This document shows, in pieces, positions 36,401 to 49,400 of a DNA stretch of 64,000 nucleotides. The DNA comes from Paraspadella gotoi (Eukaryota; Animalia; Chaetognatha). Made by a program: the position numbers and the translations under genes. Positions within the stretch are counted from its first letter, which is position 1; each line of letters begins with the position of its first letter. Under the pieces are notes generated by a model, which was not told the origin of the DNA, made no database searches, and worked only from the letters and a program-made list of their open reading frames with translations. The DNA lies in NCBI GenBank assembly GCA_051294375.1, contig CM119264.1:4739352-4803351 (forward strand), written 5' to 3'.

Positions 36401-39400
36401 ACGTGACAAATGTGCGAGACAACAAACTTTCTTAAACGCGAATGTGTGCATGTAGTCCTTGTGAAATATGATTCAGCCCCCTGAAAATATTGCGAGTCAC
36501 AAATATTTGGATAGTAATATTATAGAAGATATAGCGTTTTCAGTTTGCCGCAATCATGCACTATAAATATGTAAACAAAAATTTACTACCTAAATTTGTG
36601 TGAAGCACCAGCTATGTCATCAAGACTTAAAACTGTGTTGTTGTTACTCAAATCCGGTTTTACGCGTTTTGAAAATTGGTCCTATAAAAAACAGGTCAGG
36701 AAAAAAAAACCGTCGCTTAAGCGAAAAAAGGTCGCGATGGACGTTACCGAAATGGACAGCTCAGAAATAGAAAATGATCTACTGGTCCTGTGGCGCGCCT
36801 CCTCGCCAAAGACACCGAGCGGCTTTTGAAAATCTACGGAACGAAATTTACGGAAAAGAAAAAATGTGGGAAATGTGGGAGATGAAACCGTCCACAAAGA
36901 GTAAGCGACAGATGGCGCAAATAATGGCAGCCATACCGTCATCTTTTTTGTTTTTTTCGTTATCAACACCGGTGGAAGCGGAAAACTGAGTCTTTGTGGC
37001 TGAAGGTGAGATTTGCTTTGAAACAAGAGCCGTTCCTGCGCCTAATCAAAGATTTGGAAGTCAACTTGCGATCTATGTAAATATTTAATATGGGCTAAAC
37101 CAAAGACCTTTCTTCGATTTGTTATCGTTATTGTGATGATGATGAAAATGAGGCAAGTGAGGGTGATGATGATGATGTTCCAAATCTTTGTGGCTTTTTT
37201 TGGTTATCAAAGAAAAAAGTAGAAAATTCCCGAGTATAACAAAAAATCGTCAGCATAGAAGTAAGAGAAAAATAAAATTTAATTGCGAAAGGTGTCTTCT
37301 AGATGGAATCGCGCATTTTCTGTTTCGCCAGCATCTCTACACCACAATACCTGTGCTTGAGTAAAAGAGCTTTCAAGACGTCTTCTCTGTTTTTCTCTTT
37401 AATTTGTCCAACTTCGATCATCTGCTCTACGATCGCACCGATGATGTGCGGAAAATCAACTTCTTCCAAATCCAAAATGATGGTTCCTGAGAAATGACGT
37501 ATTCGGAGAGAAAGTAAAAAGGTATCAACGTAACCACCGAACGATAGATCCGGTCCACTTACCGAGTTCCAACCCTCGCCTCAGTTCAAGCAAGCTGTGA
37601 AAAGAGAGAATGGCGACGTGAGGCCGACCCCATCGGTTGGCCCCCTCTTCAATGTCCTCCTCAAACTTGATCCATCGCGCCATTTCTCTCCACTCCATTT
37701 CCTCCCCGGTCTCTCCGACGCGCAACTCTTCCAGTTCAACGAAAACCTGATGAAAAGCGATGATTTTTTATTTTGTTAATATTTGGTATTCCGGGATAAA
37801 TTCTGGGTCTGACCTCATGGGGACTGTGATCGAATTTCTTTTTAACCGGCGAGGACTTGGGCACTTGCAGTTCGTTACTCCCCCGCCTGTGGGCTGAAAA
37901 ACAGACAAAAAAAATCTTAAAAGTAATGATCTCGCCAGAAAATTAATAAAAAATATGAAAAAAAAAACCGATTGATTGATGCGATAACGAATTATTGAAG
38001 TAATAGTAATTGATTGATTGATGTAATAGTAAAGTGTGTCCCAAAGGTATTGTCGGTTATGAAAAGCTTACTGCTCCTATACCAGATCGAAAAACTTTAA
38101 TTTATTATAATGAATATGCGCACAAGTTTGGACCATTTCATAGGATACTGTGGCGGTATATTCACACCGCCTAATGTCCACCATCCTTCAGCCAAATCCA
38201 TTGGCTCAGAGGGGGAACACACCATCCCAGGCGTAGTGTTCCATCCACAGTCCTAACGACTTCCCTCTGCGTTGGCAAAGCGAGACCGTCCTAGGGTAAC
38301 CGCGCCAGTGACTGGAGGCGTCACTGAGGGTCGGAAGCCCCCAAAGCCAACAGTGAGTCATCACAGGCAACCCGGCTGTTGCCATAATACTTAAATTTTA
38401 AAAATTGAACAAAGCAAACTCCTGTAGTTATTACAATTGGTAAAAATTTCTTTTCAGTGATTTCTTTAAATAAATTCTTAAATGATATATTTTTGAATAT
38501 TTATCAACTATTTTTTTTTAAATATTAATTAAATAATGTTTTAAATCTTTTCTTTAGATGCAGGACAGTAAGAAACTACCTCATATTTTTAGCTCCATAG
38601 CTTTTATAATGCAGTAATCATTATTTATAAATTATCTACTTACCTTGTTTAATGTTCATATTACTTTTTTAATTGATTTAATAATAATAATTTATTGAAT
38701 AAATAGCAACCATTTTGTTCTGGCTTAATGATTCCATCGCTCACAACTTCAAATAATAAAATTTAAATATCAAATTAATTAGCATATTTTTATCAATTTA
38801 TATATATTTTTTAAATATTTGTTTATTTTTTTATTAATACACTTATTGTATTTTAAACAAATAGAAATTTAAATAATTTATATCTATTTAAAATATTTTT
38901 TACTTAATTTTTTTAATAATATTTATTTTAAAATAAAAAATATATCTAAAAATTAAAAAAGTGAAAAATGAGGACTCAATTAAATTGAATGTTCTGCAAA
39001 GAAAAATTGATAAAAATTGAATTCGAAATATAGTATCATAAATTGTAAGAACTTATCTTTGACATTGTTATCTCAGAAATAACATTTAATAACACAGTTC
39101 TGCAGTCTGCACAATATGTAAAAGTTAACCGACAGTATTATTAAGACAATAATTGATTTATTTATATAATAGTAATTGATTGATTGATGTAATAGTAATA
39201 ATTAATAGATGTAATAATAATTGATTGATTGATGTAATAGTAATTGATTATTGATGCGATGATAACCAAATGTTGGATGCGATGATAACCAAATGATGGA
39301 TGTGATGATAAGCAAATGATGGATGTGATAAGCAAGATGATGGATGATAGCAAATGACTGGATGTGATGATAAGCAAATGATGGATGTGATGATACAAAT

Positions 39401-40429
39401 GATATGGATGTGCAAGATGAATGGAGCTAGCAATGATGGATGTGATGATAAGCAAATGATGGATGTGATGATAAGCAAAATGATGGAGTGATGATGAAGT
39501 GGATGGAGATAAGCAAATGATGGATGTGATGATAAGCAAATGATGGATGTGAATGATAAGCAAATGATGGATGTGATGATAAGCAAATGATGGATGTGAT
39601 GATAAGCAAATGATGGATGTGATGATAAGCAAATGATGGATGTGATGATAAGCAGAATGATGGATGTGATGATAAGCAAATGATGGATGTGATGATAAGC
39701 AAATGATGATGTGATGATAAGCAAATGATGGATGTGATGATAAGAAGATGGATGAATGATGAGAGAAAGATGATGGATGTGATGATAAGCAAATGATGGA
39801 TGTGATGATAAGCAAATGATGGATGTGATGATAAGCAAATGATGATGTGATGATAAGCAATGATGATGTGATGATAGCATTCATTGACGCGATGATAGTC
39901 ATTCATTGACGCGATGATAGTCATTCATTGACGCGATTGATAGTCATTCATTGACGCGATGATAGTCATTCATTGACGCGATGATAGTCATCATTGACGC
40001 GATGATAGTCATTCATTGACGCGATGATAGTCATTCATTGACGCGATGATAGTCATTCATTGAACGCGATGATAGTCATTCATTGACGCGATGATAGTCA
40101 TTCATTGACGCGATGATAGTCATTCATTGACGCGCATGAATAGTCATTCATTGACGCGATGATAGTCATTCATTGACGCGATGATAGTCATTCATTGACG
40201 CGATGATAGTCATTCATTGACGCGATGATAGTCATTCATTGACGCGATGATAGTCCATTCATTGACGCGATGATAGTCATTCATTGGATCGCGATGATAG
40301 TCATTCATTGACGCGATGATAGTCATTCATTGACTGCGATGATAGTCATTCAATTGATGCCGTATGATAGTCTTCATTGACGCGATGAGTCATTCATTGT
40401 AAATAAAAACAAACAAATGCGTGTATGAC

Positions 40430-40462
<33 letters not shown>

Positions 40463-43400
40463 AAGATAGAGAGAAGCTGGACAGCCGCTGGACTGCCGCT
40501 GCAGAGCGAACTCGTTTTTAGACGAATTAGAAGAAGCTGCAACGGAAAAAAAAGAGAGCGACATATAATTAAAAGAGAGAGAGAGAAACTGGGCAGCCGC
40601 TGCAGAGCTGAACTAGTTTATATATATAAAAATTGTTTTGTAAATAAAACAAACAAATGAGTGTAGGAATATGAAACATAATTTAAAAGACCATAATGAT
40701 AAGAAACCATATCTAAATTTTCAGCTTCTTATGGCTACACACTTGAGCTATTTGCAATGTTAAAACAGCGTGACGACGACAACGGTCAAAAGAAGCAGAA
40801 ACGAATTAACATCTGGCGAGATAAAAACAACTTACGATTACAACCTAATTTAATTTATCCATTTCTAGGTAATCACCTCTGATGCTGGATTCATCGACGG
40901 AGAGTCTTCCGAAGCTTCTGCCCGACTTGGCGCTCTGACCCACGTGAACGATAGACGCCATTCGCGCCCGCGGCGTGATCTTGTGACGACGGAGGCCGTG
41001 AAAATCACCCAAGCGATGAGCTGAACGGGGGGTGTCATGAATGAAGGAGAAAAGCCCGGTTTGAAATCAAGCATAGTTACATGGTGACAATTTTACAAGC
41101 GCCGNNNNNNNNNNNNNNNNNNNNNNNNNNNNNNNNNNNNNNNNNNNNNNNNNNNNNNNNNNNNNNNNNNNNNNNNNNNNNNNNNNNNNNNNNNNNNNNN
41201 NNNNAAAAAATTTGAAATTATTTCGAAACTTGTCCCGATGGTCATTGAATTCACGTTCGTAATTTTTTTTAAATCAATGGATCCGTCTTCCCTTAAAGTA
41301 TTTATTAAGATTTATTAACAATATTAATATCCTCAGAAAGCCCTTAAAAAATGAAGAGAATGATATACTTACGAAAGCTCTAACATAAAAATTAAGCTGC
41401 CCAGCCTTGGTTCAATTAAGAGAGTCAAAAGTTAATTATCTAAAATTTCAAATCTTTTTTTAAAATATATGACCTGATTAAATTATTATAACATAAAATA
41501 TTATTATTTATATAAGTATTATGAAAGAGCCTGAAAAAAGGAAATTTAAGATAGCTAATCACAATTTGATAAAAATTTAATAAAAATAAAAATTTACCCT
41601 CCAGCTATTGATTTTTGGAAAGATGTCTTGTTTTTGAGTATCCTAATTAAATTAAAGCTGGGCCGGTTAAATTTTATACTACAGTATTTGCAAGTATATA
41701 ATTCTCTTTAGATTTGAAAGGGCTTTTGGAAGATAATAATATTAATATTATTTTATATTAAATTTTTTCAGAAAACTTACTGAAAGTAAGAAAAAAAAAT
41801 TGAATCTAAAAAAGTGAGTTAGAAAATGAAACCCGATTTTACAAGCCAACTTTCTCCACTCATTGCCAAGGCATATCTTAACTGATCAATATAAAATTTG
41901 AACACATAAATGACTTTAATATGTTTTACTCAACTAATTTTTAAAATCAATGAAATAACCACTGGTTTGCAAATGACAGCGTATTTCTACCGGCGCTTGT
42001 AAAATTGTCACCATGTATTATCAAATTGTTAGATTTGAAAACGAAAGTTTTTGTTATTTTTACAACGATTTATTAACAATGTCTAGTTAATTGTTTAATG
42101 TATTGCGCGAGGATTATTACTGGACATGTCGTTAACGTCGGCCATGGGCAGCGTCTGCTCCTCCTCCAGCAGAGTCTCCGAGTGACTCGACGTCGCCTTT
42201 CCCGCTTTTTTCCCGTGATGATGATGATGATGACGATGGTTATGTCGGTGACTGATAAAAGAGAAATCACAGACGACATAACTTATGTCATAAGTTGTAA
42301 TTTGTTCGTCGTTTCGCCAGTCGTCGAGTCGACATCAAAATCACATCGTCGACGAGACATAATAAAAGCTTTAACACAGACAACATAGCTTATATCAAAG
42401 TGTAAGAGGCCTAAGGACAAAAAAGACGCTCACCCTTTACTTCCACCGGACTTCAACGTCTTCTTTTTCGAGGGTTTAATCTTAGGCAGATGTTCTTCCA
42501 CCGGTGTCCCTGTATGAACGACCACCGTCGGTATGTCACTAAAATAAGTATAAAGTTTAAAAAATACATGATGAACACTCACTTATTCCATTAAGATTAA
42601 TCTTAGAAATAAGGCCTCATGACTAGTTTTATTTTAATAATTATTAAATTAGGGGGAAACTAACTCTGTAAGGTGGTTAAGAAATTTGAATTAAGCACCT
42701 GCTCAAACGAAAATTTAAACATTTTTTAAAAAAATTGAATAGATAAAAAATTTTAATATTACTCCATACTCCATATATTAATTTTTTAATATTTATTTAT
42801 AAATAGGAAAGGCTAAAAATTTTTTTCGGATTTTTTTATTTTTAAGATCAGATTCAGGTATCTTGCAAAAAGTTGTCTTCACAAAGTATAATTCTTTTTT
42901 CAATATTTTGATCATAAGTGTGTGAAAAATATGAAAAACTATTTATAATCATTATCATAATCATCATCATTTTTCGATTATTATATTACTTTTTCTTAAT
43001 TTTGACCAAGAAAACCTAAATATTTTGAAAGTTGTAGTTAAATTTTTTATTTAACTTTTTATGCTCTATCAGAATCCATCAAAAAAAGTTAAGATTGATT
43101 AAAAATTTTTTTATCATTATATAGTAATATTGTAATTTTAATAGCAACAATAAAAACATTAAAATCGAACTTTTTTAAAAATTCTTTTTTTACCTAAAAG
43201 TAGACTTCAAGACTAAAGTTTTGAACCCCCGCCCCTATTGAATTTAATTTCATAGTAGATTTCTAATTAAATATATACTCCAACTTGGCACTTGTTTTCC
43301 CAAAGGAAAAACTGCAACAAACGGTGTCGGTACTAGTTCAATTGATTTCCGTCAGAAAACAAAAGGACAGTGGTTGACAAGTCATAGAAACTAGGAACGA

Positions 43401-46400
43401 TTTGAACTCAAAATTTAGCAATTAAATCTTAAAAAGTAAGTTTTTTTTTTAAATTCAGAAAACAGATTCAGATTCCTCTTAAATCCGGTCTTAAAATTCA
43501 AAAATTCCTATTTAAAAATTTTAGCCTATTATATACTTATTACAGAGTCGAAACATGTACTACTTATAAAAATATACTTATAAAAAATCGTTGTATTGGC
43601 ACATAAATAAACAATTCTTAATACTTATTACTATATATAAATATAGCTCACTGGGGCCCAGTAATGTAGAAAATTAATAAATAATTAATAAATAAATAAA
43701 TTTATCAAAGTATTGTTAAGGGTTCTTATTTTCATTATTTTCATTTTCATTATCTATATATGCTATATTTTTATTTAAAAAAATATTATTTTTACATCAC
43801 TCTCAGTGTCTAATTATCATTCTATAGCTAGAATTCATTGCATTTCCGCATTAAGATTGATTGGAACCATGAGATTCGGAGGTTTTTCATCCACAATATC
43901 ACTAGATAAAAATTTCAAAAATAGTTTTAATAATAAACTCACTCAGTTTTAATGTCTCGGCTCTCTCCCGATCGCTGTCCCGGACATCCATCTTCATTTT
44001 CCTTTCTAAAGTCGACAGTGACGCCGTCATCCGCATCGTCAGCCGGGACGTCATCGACCGAACCGTCCCCCACCGCGTCTTCCAAGGAAATGTCGGCCTG
44101 TTTTGGTCACAAAATCGATAGCGGCGTATTAGATACAGAAGCTTTGGACGAATACGCCAGATACAAATTTTCAAATATTCTTACTTTGGGGATAATGTTG
44201 CGGAGATGGTCGAGCGAAAGCGCCTCCGAGTAGCTGGCGATTTCCTCCTCCGAAGAAAAACCGCGACTCTGTCGAGCGGACAAAACCGCGCCAGCTGGAA
44301 AATAATGGAGACGAAGTTGATTCACTATCATAAAATTTTAATCCTATTCTAAAGTGATTTTCACGATTCATATTCACCAGCATTGTCGCTCTTTCTTAAA
44401 AGGGCAGATTGCGTATGATCATCTCCGTTATTGGGCGGAGTTTTTAAGGAGGCGTTGCTTTCTTGCGTCATCACTGAAGACGAGGCTGACAGAAAGACGT
44501 CTTCATCCTAAGGACAAAATATTTTAACACAACTACAATTACAAGAAAACTTATCTGAAAAATGGCAAAAATAACAAAAAACGTTCCAACACTTAATGCA
44601 AAAGACGATAACTTGCAAAAAAATATAATATTATTTATTGCTTACTGTGATTTTTGAACGAAAAAAATGCTGGCTATGGTTGCAGTACTGGGATTTTAAA
44701 CGATCGAGCAGCAGTATTTTTTCCACCAGATTAAACTCGAAAAGATTCTTCCAAATGAAAACATTTTTTGGCAAAAAAACAGACTGGATAAGATGAAACC
44801 AAAAAAAGTGGAGTGGTGCGCACTTTTTTAAACGTTCATAGCAATTTTATTGGGAAACAAAAACAAAAATTTCTCATTTTATTTTATTTGCCTTAAGATT
44901 CGCCTTTTGGCTTTTCAAATACTTTTCTATTACCTTTTATTCCACACATCAAAAGATTCGAAAGATATTTTAATTAAAAAAGCGCCATTGAAAAAAATTG
45001 GGTTTTTGATTGCAAAATACACGTCTTAAGCAAATCAAACTTTTCACCACATCTGTGAAATGAGAATGAGAGGGCAGTGTATCTCATTTGCAAAGATGTG
45101 AACTGCGCAGTTATATTGCCTTTCTCAGATGTGCTCTTAAGGGAACTAACTTTTCCCACCGGCCACCGCAACACTTGGACGTTACTTCCCTATTTTTCCC
45201 TTCTGCGCATTTAAAACGAGTATTACATCAAAAAAAGAAAATATTTTTAGAAATATAATAAACAACAACAAAACTGCATAAAAATCCATACCTCATCGAC
45301 GGCAATTCGTCGTCGTTTCCTCGGTAAAAGCCTTTCAATCTCGCGCTCCTCTTCTGAATCTACAACGAAAAATATCTCCGGCCTCTTCTCCATTTTCTTT
45401 CCATTTCCCTTCGCCAGTTCTTTCTTTTCTTTCTCTCGTCGCTTGCTTTTCCGTCTTCCCGCGACGACTTCTTTTTTCACGCTCTCTCGCACACGCCCTA
45501 AATTTCTCCTCCTAGCCTCACTGCTCTCTCTCTCCACTTCCCCGTGCTCTAAATCATTCCTCATAATTTTACTCCTTTTCCACTTTGCCCCCTCGCTATC
45601 TAAATATTTATTACCTACCTCACTGCTATTCCTATTTACTCCCCCGTGCTTAAAATCTTTACTCTCTAATCCGCTACTCTGCCTCCTCACTCCCCCACTC
45701 CATCTATCCGCTCCAACCCTCTCTTTTAACCCGCTCTTAAAACCTTTTCTCCTTGCCCCATCGCTCTTCCTCTTCGCCCCGTCGCTTTCTAAATCTTCCC
45801 TCTCTGCCTCAACGCTTTTCCTCCTCGCTCCCCCGACCTCTAAATCTTCCCACTCTGCCCCACCGCTTTGACTCTTTGCCCCGCCGGGCTCTACTTCTCT
45901 TCCCCCGCACTCTAAATCCTTCGTTTGCTCGCGCGCCAACTCTCTCTGCCCCTCCTCCCCCGCTTCTTCAGTCTTCGTCAGCCTGTCGCCGAGTCAAAAG
46001 CGAATGAAGGGGAAGAGTGACTGGAGAAAATATGCGCGGGAAAGAGATAGAGAACTGAGAGTGGGCAAAGGCAGAAGGGTCGCAATTGCCAACAAGGCAA
46101 TTGATAAGTGAGAACTAAGTAAATTGGGAAAAGATTCTATTAACTTTTAGTAACAAATCCCCCACATTCGCTTTATACTTTTTCATAATAAAAAACCGAT
46201 GGAAGAAAACTTTTCCGTTCTCCAGAATCATTCGTAAAATCTGCGAGGAAAAGTATTTATCGTTTGATTTGAAGGGATATAACTTGAAATAGATGCATTT
46301 TTAATAATTTTTAGATGATTGAACTAATGAATTTTTAGAATTCTTAACGACGATTTAATTAAATTTAAAGAATTTAAAGATTTCTCCCCTTTTCTTAACG

Positions 46401-49400
46401 CCTCGTCGGCAGTTTCACAAACCTCGGGGGTTCCCCGCCACCATCGTTTCTCCTTCCTCGGCTGGCAAGAAACGTCTTCAGCCAACGATGACCCGACTTT
46501 ACCCGGCTGCGGCTCACCCGGCTGCTGCGTCGACCGCGGCCCGGGCGAAGACGACCAAACTTGGCCGGCGCGAGCGGATAAACGTCGGTTTAAAGTCGCC
46601 AATCCTCTTCCTAGTCGTCGGCCCCCACCTGCTCCACCACCTCCCCCTTCTCCTACCCGAATCCCTCTTCTCTCTCCTCCTCCTGCTACTCCTCCTCTCC
46701 GGGGTATCTTTGCCCTCGGCTCGAAATCAGTGGCAAGGAGGGAAGCTCTGTCTCGGTCGCTCTTTCCATTCCGCCCGCTTCTACTGCCGCTTGAGCGGGA
46801 AATGGGTAGAGATGGTGGCAGCGGCGGTGGCGGTGGCGGTGAGGATGAGGAGAATCGAGAGAATTTGATTTGGCGAGGAAGGAATATGGAGCGTCGAGGC
46901 TTCACTGGGGAGGAAATTTAATCCTCGAAATTGTTTCCGCGAGGGAATATATTTTTTTCATTATTTTTTTCTTCAAAAAATTTTCATTCAAGTTCTTTAA
47001 AACAGAGTGATAAGGTTTTCCAGAAAAAAGTTTAACAGAGAAACACAATCGCAAGGTCTCTTCAAGTCTCCACATCTTTTCCCTTTCTCTTTCTCGCTGG
47101 TACTCGATCAATTTAAAACCTGGGTAATCTATTCATCTTTTCCTTTTTTCCTTACTTTAAGGAATACACAATTACACATTCGTACTCTAACCTTTGAAAC
47201 ATGCATTCAATTACAATTAAAGTACGGGTAAGAATCCACTACCAACTGCATAGTGCATAATTCATTAAATTATAGCCGCCAATGATCGAAAAATACCTTC
47301 GTTTCTTCGATAACAAGGCGATTGGGCGTCGAATACAACCACGTCCCTCAAAATCGCCTCGTCAGGGTCGTCGTCGTCGTCATTATCCTCAAATGAGCTC
47401 GTCGGGATAGTCGGAAGCGAGACCGAAGCCTCAGTTCGGGCGGGAGAAGTCGCGGGGGATAAAGGGCGAGAGAATTTGCACTTCGAGGACGACGACGAGA
47501 GTGACGTCAGAGGTGCAGCTAAAATCGGCGAGATGCATCGGACTTTAAACTGACTCTCCCCGACACACGAAGGCGTAGCTCTTCCCCCCTCGTTTATCGA
47601 GTCGCTAGAAAACGATGTCGCCAGAAACGAGGCGCCAGAGGTCCGTCGGGCGAGATGATCACCCAATTCGAGTTCGCTTTTTAAAATGTTCATGGAGTAA
47701 GGGTCTCCAAATAAATTAGACGAGTATGGAGTGGCAACACGCTTGACGCGTCGATTTACTATTGAATCACGGAGAACATTTGCTTTGGTCGAGCGCATGG
47801 TGTCTGCTCGAGTGTTCATATCATAAAACGAACGAGAAGCCGGTTTCACTACCAAAGTTTTTTACGCGTTGATGGAAAACTTAAACAAAGCCGGGAGGTC
47901 ATTGCAAAAACCTGAAATTGTACGGTTTTTTTTTTTGTTTTTTTTTGTTTTTTTTTGTTTTTTTTTTTTGAATGAAACATTAAAAAAGAAAAGTCGAAAC
48001 TGCGTTTTTCTTTTTTAATCGAAGATTCACACGACCGCAATATTACCAAACAACTATGCCCAATTTTTTTTTAAGGCTTTTGGCCCATTACCAGAAATGG
48101 CGAAAAAAAAAGACTGAAGCTCGATCATTTATTGGGAATTCCCAGAAGGATGTATGAAGTAAAAGAGGAAAAGAGTGCAAAAAGAAAGAAATTGCTTACC
48201 ATAGCGATCTCGTCGATGCTAATCAGCGGAGCGGTTGGCGCTTGGGGTTTTTCAAGCGTCATCGCCGCCGCCTTTTGAGACGGGGACGATTCTGAAACCA
48301 AATTAAACCTTTTCTTTTTAAGAAAAGAAAAATCATATCACTTTCGCCTGCACTCTGAACACTTTGAACTTAACTAAGACAAAAATTGAGACGAGGCATT
48401 TGGCTGTAGGGCACTTTACAATTTTATAGATAATATTACATACAATACATATTTACATAGTTTAGTAGGGAATTTCGTAGTATAATTAATTAATAGTTAA
48501 TCTTTCGCACAATATAAATATTTAACCTTCGAAGCTAAAAAAAAAACAAAAACGAAAAACAAGATGGAAACCGGAAAGACCATTCATGCCGGTAAATGAT
48601 AAAAAAGCGATCAGGAACCGGTGAATAGTTAGGAGAGGAAATCAATTCAAGCAACCGAAAATAAAATTAAATCATCTTTGGTTTTGCTTATCGACTTACC
48701 TTTTTTCAAATTTTTTTTGTGCTTGTGATGATGGTGGTGATGATGACCCTGATTGCCGGCCGGATGGCGGAAGTGAAGACGCGAATGTCGGTGCTCTGAA
48801 AGTGAATATGTATAATATTTATGTACATTTCATGAAGGCAAAGAGAAAAAGAGATAGGAGAAAAACAATGTTTTTTAAAAAATTATTTTGTTTTAGGCTA
48901 AAAAATCGATCATCTTCTTGACGCGCTTAAAAAAAGTCGCGAAAAACTCTTATCGATCCATGAGAGAGAGTGAGAGAGAGAGCGCTCTCATTTCGGGATG
49001 TTCAAAAACAATATGCAAAGCAAAATAAGGTGGAGAAAAAGGAATTAATTTAGCAACCCCAAGAGGCCAAGACCCAAAGGGAAGCCTTTCTAACCGTCGA
49101 CGTCGATCTGCCCGTCGTCGTCGAAGGATGGCAACGCGTTGGTGTCGCTGAGTTGACGCCGCGCGGAATACTCCATCGAAGGCGGGGCGTCCTCGGAGCC
49201 GACGGCGCCCACGTTGCGCTCATCGTGCGACATCTGACGCCCGATGCCGGCGCTGCGAAAAAAAAAGGGAGGTAGAGAGATCGGTTGCACTCCTGACGGC
49301 GGCGGAGAGACCAAACCTCGTCTTTCGGCAAAGCTCGGTGACGTTGACGGATTCCAGCGCCGTTTGGAAATCGTCGAGGTCATCGTCGTCCGGGTGGGGA

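Noticed and set aside
39162-39924. His/Ile-rich ORFs and CRISPR-like periodicity
   Set aside because: Head-to-tail satellite with no unique spacers, open in several frames, in a eukaryotic intron with no cas genes.
41105-41204. 100-N run
   Set aside because: Assembly gap inside a MITE, so a missed SLC4 exon here is unlikely; the flanking exons 42121 and 37893 join in phase.
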